Assembly: GCA_964016885.1 (NCBI GenBank)
Contig: OZ024760.1
Span: forward strand, 1,488,001 to 1,552,000
Origin: Eledone cirrhosa
Taxonomy: Eukaryota
Direction: 5' to 3'
Length of the DNA stretch: 64,000 nucleotides
Shown: positions 53,986 through 64,000 of the stretch, in pieces
Layout of the letters: each line of letters begins with the position of its first letter
Numbering within the stretch: position 1 is the stretch's first letter
Program-made: the position numbers and the translations under genes
Notes under the pieces: model-generated
The model's database searches: none
The model's input: only the letters and a program-made list of their open reading frames with translations
Told to the model about the DNA's origin: nothing

Positions 53986-54828
53986 GTATGTGTGTGTGTG
54001 TGTGTGTATATATGTGCGAATGTAAATATATGTTGTCTGTGTATGTAGGATGTGTGTGCTGTCTATCTTGGTGTATGTATGTGTATATATATATATATAT
54101 ATGCGTGTATGTGTATATATATATATATATGCATGTGTGTGCATGTGAATTTGGGGTATGTGTGTTGTCTCTCTAATGTTGATATATATGGATGTGTATT
54201 TATTTGTATATATATATGTGTGTATATATATATGTGTATATATGTATGTGTGTGTATATATATATGTGTGTATATATGTATGTGTGTATATATATGTGTA
54301 TATATATATGTGCGTATATATATATGTGTGTATATATGTATGTGTGTATATATATATATGTGTATATATGTATGTGTGTATATATATATATATGTGTATA
54401 TATGTATGTGTATATATGTATGTGTATATATATGTGTGTATATATGTATGTATGTATATATATATATCTATGTATGTATGTGTGTATATGTATGTGTGTA
54501 TGTATGTATGTATATATATATGTGTATATATGTATGTGTGTATATATATATGTGTATGTTGTCAACTCTTATCATCCCAGGATTTTTAATTTGTCATGGC
54601 CTCACTCTACTCAACTGACAGCTGTGAGTAATTTCCTTAACACACATACACACACGTGTGTGTCTGCATTCATATATATATGTGTGTAAGTGTGTGTGTA
54701 TATATATACATCATACAAATATCTACATACACTCATATATGTCTATGTCCATATGTTTGTATATGTATATATACATACTATTTACCCACTTAAGTAATTT
54801 TACTTTGATACTAATGTGATGTTATGTA

Positions 54829-54859
<31 letters not shown>

Positions 54860-54987
54860 GTTTTTATGTATGTATATATAGATAGATGTGTTTGTGTGTT
54901 TGTGTGTGTACCCAATTTCAGTAAAATTGATCTTCTAACATTATATTTTTCAAATTTAGAGCACAAAAATGCTGGAGGGGGTGGGTG

Positions 54988-55064
<77 letters not shown>

Positions 55065-55362
55065 TCTCATTTCTCTCCTTTTCATTCTCTTGCTATCTCT
55101 GTGTCTCTCTCTCTCTATCTTTCCAAATTTTCTGTCCACTAAATGCCAAATTCCATTCCCGAGACCTCGGTCAACTGGTCGCTGGAGACTATTGTAAAAA
55201 GGCCTAAGGTGCCATGCAGTGGGATTGAACTCAAAACCACATAATTGTAGAGCAAACACCTTAACTATGTAACCATTTTATTTAAAACTCTTTTGACACC
55301 AATTCGGCCCAAACCATCTCTCATTCTATGAAACAGAACCACCCAGTTTAATCAATTCCCAT

Positions 55363-55578
55363 TTAACCCTTTAGCATTTACATTACTCTATATTTACTAT
55401 CATATTTTCATGGTAAAGGCTTTATCTCACATAATTATCTCACATAATATCGAATCTATGAGATTTTAATATTATCTATTTTGAGAACAATACCTTAACA
55501 TCAGTATGAGTGGCCAGTTACAGCCAGTTTGAACAGAAAGAAGTAAGAGAATGGCCAGTTTAAATGCTAATGGGTTAA
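55363..55578 (+). mobile_element. piggyBac-like TTAA MITE copy
   Basis: ttaaccctttagcatttacattactct...taaatgctaatgggttaa. Confidence 0.8.
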
Positions 55579-56027
55579 ATACAAACATAATATAAGAACC
55601 ATGTTAAGTTACTATCTTTTTAAAATAATAATTAATAAATTTAGTAAATCCTTCAAAATACTTCATTAATTAATTGATATATAAGGCTCCTGTTTAAATT
55701 AAAATCTTTCAACATATTATATAAGAACAATGTTAAGTTACTATCTTAGTATCTAATGAAATAATTAATAATTTTAGTAAATCCTTCAAATTACTTCATT
55801 AATTAATTGAAATACAGCACTCCCCATTTAGTTCTTGTCTTCCAAAGTCATTCATTAAATCACTGTCTTAAATAATTTATAATTTTTGTAAATCTTTCTT
55901 ATATAAAATTCTATTGGAAGATTTTAAATTAAATAAGAACCCTTTAAAATGGGCAGTTTTATTTCATAGAACCAGGGCCAGTTTTGGCCTGGTTGGTTTC
56001 AAAAGTGTGGATTTATTAGAATTATTA

Positions 56028-56176
56028 CCGTATTTCCTGGCATTGAAGACGCTACTTTTCTCGTAAAATAAGTCTCAAAAATCTACCATGCATCCTGGAG
56101 GCCAAATGTTGTTTATTATTTTTTTCAAAATTTTTGGTTGTCAAAGGATGAAGGTCTTTGGCACCGGGTAATACGG
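56028..56176. mobile_element. small Tc1/pogo-like MITE
   Basis: Ends TA|CCGTATTtcctggc and gcaccgggtAATACGG|TA. It lies between two direct copies of a roughly 115-bp segment (55880-55995 and 56190-56305). Confidence 0.55.
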
Positions 56177-56381
56177 TAAATAATATATGATTTTTGTAAA
56201 TCTCTCTTATATAAAATTATATTGGAAGATTTTTATTTAAATAGGAACTCTTTGAAATGGGCAGTTTTATTTCATAGAACCAGGGCCAGTTTTGGCCTGG
56301 TTGAGTGGCCTGGTTGAGTGCTTTATATCAGTTATAAAAATGTTTAAGCTTGTTGAATCCCAACAAATTAAATATAACCTC

Positions 56382-56427
<46 letters not shown>

Positions 56428-56454
56428 CCTGTACCTTTCCTATGGAAATACTTC

Positions 56455-56523
<69 letters not shown>

Positions 56524-56884
56524 ACTACTTCCCCTCTTCCATATTTATTGTCTGAAAGGAAGGAAGGAAATGGAGGCGGGTACCAGAAGACCAGGTAGTA
56601 GACACAGTCCCTTGTCAATTGACATCCTCTGTCTCTTTCTGAGTGTGTGTGTCTCTCTCTCTCTCTCTCTCTGCGTGTGTGTGTGTGTGTGTGTATGTAT
56701 GTGACTCTGAGCATCTGTCTGTGTGTGAATGTGTTTCTGTGTGTATATATATATATATATATCCCTTTCCCTCTCTATTTATTTATCTATCTGTCTGTCT
56801 CTCTATCTATCTCTCAGTCTCTCTGTCTATCTCTCAGTCTCTCTATCTATCTCTCAGTCTCTCTATCTATCTCTCAGTCTCTCT

Positions 56885-57260
56885 CTTTTTTCCAAATACC
56901 ACTTTGGAAGAAGAGTCAGGATGGAGAGAGAGGTGCTGTACCCCAGCAAGTTTTATGAAAGGTGGGTGAATGTGGCGAGAATGGCCCGAGTGGTTGGGCC
57001 TTCTCTCTATATCAGCCTGTAGGTTGAGGAAAAAGAGGAAGAGAGGAAAGGGGTACAAACTCTTCGTACCCCTGGAGATGAGGGTTGCACATTTTTTCGG
57101 GGGTATGTGTTACCCATATGAACTGTCTCCCCCTATTGGGGAAAATCGACTAATTTTTAAATTGCATTTGTGATAATATTTTACACGTTTTTATTGTATG
57201 TAAACTTCCCCCTTTGTATTTGTCCCCTTCTTTTGTGCCCCTGTGGCTAATAAAGAAATA
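56885..57260 (+). mobile_element. probable L1/Tx1-like LINE 3' end inserted in a (TCTA/TCTG)n tract
   Basis: Coding-like remnant RRVRMEREVL..S.F.ERWVNVARMARV, then a 3' UTR ending gctAATAAAgaaata and simple repeats. The family assignment is inferred. Confidence 0.5.
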
Positions 57261-57880
57261 TATCTATCTGTCAGTCAGTCTCTCTGTCTGTCTATCTATA
57301 TATGTCTGTCTGTCTGTCTGTGTGTTTATTATAAATGTAGAAGGTCATTATTGACAGTAATGCTTTTACAAATAAATCTGCACCATTCATTTCTACTTAA
57401 CACCACCACCACCATTGCAGTGGCGGTGGTGTTAGCAATGGGGCTGATGGTGGTGGTGGTGGTGGTGGCGGTGGTGTTAGCAATGGGGCTGATGGTGGTG
57501 GTGGTGGTGGTGGTGGTGTTAGCAATGGGGCTGATGCTGATGGTGGAAGTATAGAGGGAGAATGATGGTGATGAGGATGATAAAAGTGGTGGTGGTGGTG
57601 GTGATAGCTAGAAAAAATAAATTTGTACAATACTACATCACTTACCCCCCCCCTCCCCAACCACCACCACTGTAGCAATAATAAAAATACTAATAATAAT
57701 AATTTCTACTTTAGGGACAAGGCCAGCAATTTCGAGGGGGCAGGGGGAAAGTCGATTAAATCGACCCCAGTACATTACTGGTACTTTATTTTCTCGACCC
57801 CCGTAAGGATGAAAGGCAAAGCTAACCTCGGCGGGATTTGAACTCAGAATGGCAAGGGTCGTAACTCTATGCGTCAAAGC

Positions 57881-58228
57881 ATGGTGTCCGACCCTCTACC
57901 GATACTGCCATGGTGTCCGACCCTCTACCGATACTGCCATGGTGTCCGACCCTCTACCGATACTGCCATGGTGTCCGATGCTCTACCGATACTGCCATGG
58001 TGTCCGACCCTCTATCGATACTGCCATGGTGTCCGACCCTCTACCGATACTGCCATGGTGTCCGACCCTCTACCGATACTGCCATGGTGTCCGACCCTCT
58101 ACCGATACTGCCATGGTGTCTGACCCTCTACCGATACTGCCATGGTGTCCGACCCTCTACCGATACTGCCATGGTGTCCGACCCTCTACCGATACTGCCA
58201 TGGTGTCCGACCCTCTACCGATACTGCC
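57881..58228 (-). repeat. 12 x 29-bp tandem array derived from the SINE A tRNA head
   Basis: Unit atggtgtccgaccctctaccgatactgcc; its reverse complement is the SINE A 5' A-box segment. Confidence 0.93.
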
Positions 58229-58672
58229 AATGCCGGTTTCGGCAGGATATAATAATGATTTGAACTCGGAATGTAAAGGACCATAACTCTATGCCACAAA
58301 GCATGGTGTCCGACGCTCTACCGATACTGCCAAAGATGGTGATGATGATGATGATGATGCTGGTGATACTCATAACAATAATAATAATTGCAAAAATAAA
58401 TATTCCTCATTTTTAATTATTTAATACCACCACAATGATGATGATGATGATATTAATAATGAGGATTTCAATCAACAAGGTTTTGAGTTGTATATATGTA
58501 TATATATGTGTGTGTGTATAATATATGTATATATATATACATGTGTGTGTGTGTATAATATATGTATATATACATATATTATACACACACATATATATGT
58601 ATATATACAACTCAAAACCTCGTTGATTGAAATCTCTCTCTATATATATATATGTGTGTGTGTGTGTGTATA

Positions 58673-58704
<32 letters not shown>

Positions 58705-58707
58705 ATA

Positions 58708-58739
<32 letters not shown>

Positions 58740-58783
58740 ATAATATATATATATATATGTGTGTGTCTGTGTCTGTGTGTATA

Positions 58784-58817
<34 letters not shown>

Positions 58818-58856
58818 ATAATATATGTATATATATATATGTGTATGTGTGTATAA

Positions 58857-58919
<63 letters not shown>

Positions 58920-59259
58920 ATGTGTGTATATATATATATATATATCTGTGTGTGTATAATATATGTATATATATATGTGTGTGTGTGTGTGTGTATACAC
59001 ACATATATATATATACACACACACTCAATACATTCAGCTGTTTGTAATCCATGCAGTTGGCAAGCATATGTTTCCTGTACACACACATACTACTACAACT
59101 ACTACTACTACTACTACTACTACTACAACAACTACTACTACAACAACTACTACTACTACTACAACTACTACTACTACCACTTTCTACATCCTCATCACCA
59201 CAGCTATGACCATTACCACCATCTCCATCATTAACATGGTCAACATCACAACTACAGCC

Positions 59260-61400
59260 ACCACCACCACTGTGTTACCACTGCCAGCCCCAGTACCACC
59301 ACCAACACCACCACTACTGTGTTACAAGTGCCAGCCCCAGTACCACCACCACCACCACTGTGTTACCACTGTCAGCCCCAGTACCACCACCACCACCATT
59401 GTTATCACTGCGAGCTCCAGTACCACCACCACTGTGTTACCACTGCCAGCCCCAGTACCACCACCAACACCACCACTACTGTGTTACAAGTGCTAGCCCC
59501 AGTACCACCACCACCACCACTGTGTTACCACTGCCAGCCCCAGTACCACCACCACCACCATTGTTATCACTGCGAGCTCCAGTACCACCACCACTGTGTT
59601 ACCACTGCCAGCCCCAGTACCACCACCACCACCATTGTTATCACTGCGAGCTCCAGTACCACCACCACTGTGTTACCACTGTCAGCCCCAGTACCACCAC
59701 CACCACCATTGTTATCACTGCGAGCTCCAGTACCACCACCACTGTGTTACCACTGCCAGCCCCAGTACCACCACCAACACCACCACTACTTTGTTACAAG
59801 TGCCAGCCCCAGTACCACCACCACCACCACTGTGTTACCACTGTCAGCCCCAGTACCACCACCACCACCATTGTTATCACTGCGAGCCCCAGTACCACCA
59901 CCACTGTGTTACCACTGCCAGCCCCAGTACCACCACCACCACCACCACCACTGCGTTACCACTGCCAGCCCCAGTACCACCACCACCACCACCACCACTG
60001 TGTTATCACTGCCAGCCCCAGTACCACCACCACCACCACCACCACCACCACCACTGTGTTATCACTGCCAGCCCCAGTACCACCACCACCACCACTGTGT
60101 TATCACTGCGAGCCCCAGTACCACCACCACCACCACCACCACTGTGTTACCACTGCCAGCCCCAGTACCACCACCACCACCACCACCACTGTGTTACCAC
60201 TGCCAGCCCCAGTACCACCACCACCACCACCACCACTGTGTTACCACTGCCAGCCCCAGTACCACCACCACCACCACCACCACTGTGTTATCACTGCCAG
60301 CCCCAGTACCACCACCACCACCACCACCACTGTGTTACCACTGCCAGCCCCAGTACCACCACCACCACCACTGTTATCACTGCGAGCCCCAGTACCACCA
60401 CCACCACCACCACTGTGTTATCACTGCCAGCCCCAGTACCACCACCACCACCACCACCACTGTGTTACCACTGCCAGACCCAGTACCACCACCACCACCA
60501 CTGTTATCACTGCGAGCCCCAGTACCACCACCACCACCACCACTGTGTTACCACTGCCAGCCCCAGTACCACCACCACCACCACTGTTACCACTGCCAGC
60601 CCCAGTACCACCACCACCACTGTTACCACTGTCAGCCCCAGTACCACCACCACCACCACCACCACCACTGTGTTACCACTGCCAGCCCCAGTACCACCAC
60701 CACCACTGTGTTACCACTGTCAGCCCCAGTACCACCACCACCACCACCACTGTGTTACCACTGCCAGCCCCAGTACCACCACCACCACTGTTACCACTAC
60801 CAGCACCAGTACCACCACTGTGTTATCACTGCCAGCCCCAGTACCACCACCACCACCAGCACTGTTACCACTGCCAGCCCCAGTACCACCACCACCACTG
60901 TTACCACTACCAGCCCCAGTACCACCACCACCACCACTGTGTTACCACTGCCAGCCCCAGTACCACCACCACCACCACTGTGTTACCACTGCCAGCCCCA
61001 GTAACACCACCACCACCACCACTGTTACCACTGCCAGCCCCAGTACCACCACCACCACCATCACCACTGTGTTACCACTGCCAGCCCCAGCACCACCACC
61101 ACCACTGCCAGCCCCAGTACCACCACCACCACCACCACCACTGTGTTACCACTGCCAGCCCCAGTACCACCACCACCACCACTGTGTTACCACTGCCAGC
61201 CCCAGTACCACCACCACCACCACTGTTATCACTGCGAGCCCCAGTACCACCACCACCACCACTGTGTTACCACTGCCAGACCCAGTACCACCACCACCAC
61301 CATCACCACTGTGTTACCACTGCCAGCCCCAGTACCACCACCACCACCACTGTGTTACCACTGCCAGACCCAGTACCACCACCACCACCACCACTGCCAT
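59260..61400. repeat. (CCA)n-based variable-length minisatellite
   Basis: Unit tgtgttaccactgccagccccagta(cca)n. It explains the long ORFs in all three frames. Confidence 0.93.
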
Positions 61401-61708
61401 TACCACCACTACCGCTACCACCACGACCACCACTTGAACCATCTTCATCTGCTGCTGCCACCACCACTACAACCACTGCCACTACTACCACCACTACCAT
61501 TACCATCCCCACCACCCTAGTTGGTTGGTGAGGGGTGAGTCTGTACATGTATTTATGTAATGTTTGTTTATACTAGAATGCATGTCTGGGTGCATATATT
61601 TGTATATATATATGTATGTGTATATATGTATGTATATATGTATATATATATATATATGTAATGTATGTATATGTAGATATGTATGTATATGTATGTATGT
61701 ATATCTAG

Positions 61709-61741
<33 letters not shown>

Positions 61742-61867
61742 TATGTATATATGTATGTATATGTATATATGTATGTATATGTATATATGTATGTATATGT
61801 ATATATGTATATATGTATGTATATGTATATATGTATGTATATGTATATATGTATGTATATATATATG

Positions 61868-61903
<36 letters not shown>

Positions 61904-62005
61904 TATGTATATATGTATATATGTATGTGTATATATGTATGTATATATATATATGTATGTATATATGTATATATATGTATGTATATATATATATATATAT
62001 ATATA

Positions 62006-64000
62006 ATTATCGCAGGCGACCTAAATGGTCACGTTGGACAACATTGTGACGGCTACGACGAAATCCATGGAGGCTATGGGTTTGGTACTAGAAATGAGGA
62101 AGGCTCCAGAATCCTGGAATTCTGTGATGCAAATAACCTAACTATCTGTAACACTAACTTCAAAAAACGTGACAATCACCTGATCACCTATAGATCCGGG
62201 GAACACACAAGCCAGGTAGATTATATCCTTACCAGAAGACGTGACAGAGTGTCTGTTGTTAACACTAAATCCCTCCCCCATGAAGAATGCACCTCCCAAC
62301 ATAGACTGATAATTAGCGACCTCATAGTCAGGACGAGACGTACTCGACAACAGAAGAGGACTATCCTCAGGAGGAAAATATGGAAGTTAAAGGACCCCAC
62401 AGCCAGGAATAAATTTCAAAGCATATTACTTGATGCTTTCGACAGTAAGGAAGAACATTTAGAGTCGGACAATATAGAGGGAGAGTGGGAATTTCTGAAA
62501 GCAAACCTGCTGTTGGCGACAGACGAGGTCTGTGGCTGGAGCAGGCCTGTAGGCAGGAGGAGAGTAACATGGTGGTGGAACAGTAAGGTGGAGGGGTCAA
62601 TTAAGGCCAAAAAGCAGGCTTGGAAAGTATGGCGGGATGGGGGAAGTAGAGAGGACTATCAAGTGGCCAGGAGGGAAGCTAGGAGACAAGTGTACTTAGC
62701 AAGAAGGGAAGCTGAGGAAAGAAAGTTCAAGCATGTTCTACAACGCGATGACCAAAAACGTGAGGTGTTCAGGATTGCTAGGCAATGCGTCAAGGAAAAC
62801 CGTGATATTGTCGGGGAGAAGTGTGTACTAAACGACGATGGCACACTTGCCATCACCGACGCTGATAAGAAGGTAGCTTGGAAGTGTCACTATGAAAGGC
62901 TTCTAAATGAGGAGAATAATTGGGAGAAAGGCAGTCTCCCCCATATCGACCCAATAGAGGGACCAGCAGTGTTAGTCGAGGGGAGTATAATAAGTAAGGC
63001 AATCAAGGATATGAAGACTGGTAAGGCGGCTGGGCCTTCGGAAATAGTTGCTGAGATGCTGAAGGCATCTGGCACGGTGGGACACACCATGGTCACCCGC
63101 ATAGTTAACCAAGTCGTACAAAACGGGGTTGTTCCGAAGGACTGGCATAGCAGCATCATCGTTAACTGTTATAAGGGTAAAGGAGACGCCCTAGATAGGA
63201 GTAACTATAGAGGCATTAAATTAATCGACCAGGTCATGAAGGTCACGGAAAGAGTAATAGCGCAGCTAATCAGAGAGAGAATTGACCTAGATGAAATGCA
63301 GTTCGGGTTTGTGTCAGGCAAAAGTACCACAGACGCTCTTTTCATAGTACGACAACTACAAGAGAAGTACCTAGCTAAAGGTAAACCCCTCTACTTAGCT
63401 TTTGTCGACTTGGAGAAAGCCTTCGACAGAGTCCCCCGCTCCATTATCTGGTGGGCTCTTAGAAAACTAGGCGTTGACGAATGGCTTGTGAGGGCTATAC
63501 AAGCCATGTATAAAGAAACAGTCAGCAAGGTTAGAATTAACAACGAATATAGTGAAGAGTTTAGCGTAAAAGTCGGCGTCCATCAGGGCTCTGTTCTCAG
63601 TCCACTACTATTTATTATTGCCCTTCAGGCCATAACAGAGGAGTTCAAGACAGGCTGCCCATGGGAACTCCTATACGCAGACGACCTGACACTCATAGCG
63701 GAATCAATGGCCGAGCTAGAGAAGAAATTCCAAACATGGAAGCACGGCCTAGAGTCAAAAGGACTTAAAATTAACCTGGCTAAGACCAAAGTACTAGTTT
63801 GTAGGAAAGAAAACAAGGCGGCGGTCCCTTCTGGGAAATGGTCGTGCTCGGTGTGTAGGAAAGGCGTAGGTAGAAACTCCATTTTATGTCCTAAATGCAA
63901 AGTATGGGTGCATAAAAGATGTAGTGGGATCACAGGTAGGCTAACTAAGAACATAGATTTTACATGTGGCCGGTGCTCTGGTGCAATAAGTAGCAGCAAG
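62006..64000 (+). mobile_element. RTE-clade LINE ORF (APE endonuclease C-terminal half, reverse transcriptase, Cys/His finger); 5'-truncated at (TA)n and running off the window
   Basis: The frame from 62006 reads [79 protein letters not shown] saw no stop, and the ORF track omits it, which fits a frame with no stop before the window end. Confidence 0.93.

Noticed and set aside
57881-58228. 29-bp direct repeats of CRISPR-repeat length
   Set aside because: There are no spacers, and the unit is a piece of the SINE head.
59319-61531. Long ORFs of 561-723 aa rich in His/Cys, Pro or Thr (mucin-, extensin- or metal-binding-like)
   Set aside because: All three frames are open because the CCA-based minisatellite lacks stops; there is no splice or domain evidence.

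Overview
Repeat-saturated, AT-rich metazoan genomic DNA. It is very likely an octopus or other coleoid cephalopod (inferred from (TA)n/(CA)n/(CAC)n density and the SINE, RTE and MITE repertoire). The only host gene I can support is a + strand eyes absent (eya) homologue. Four phase-compatible exons (8873-8928, 12511-12667, 34998-35066, 36757-36911) encode the P/S/T/Y-rich N-terminal region and the start of the Eya domain with HAD motif I (WDLDET). A fifth in-frame 96-nt candidate exon lies at 22120-22215. The gene starts before and continues beyond the window. Most listed ORFs are microsatellite artefacts. The introns hold an apparently uninterrupted RTE LINE ORF (62006 to window end), a Penelope-like GIY-YIG fragment, CR1-, RTE- and Tx1-like remnants, Tc1/mariner, pogo-, hAT- and piggyBac-like MITEs, two tRNA-derived SINE families and several minisatellites. 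The most striking unexplained layer is about a dozen minimal type-I hammerhead ribozyme motifs (CUGANGA-stem II-GAAA-palindromic stem III-NUH) from several unrelated sequence families. They sit in short modules wedged into (TA)n tracts, and many of these modules form long near-perfect fold-back palindromes. This is consistent with a diverse population of Penelope pseudo-LTR or retrozyme-like elements. All calls are by eye; no database search or folding program was run.
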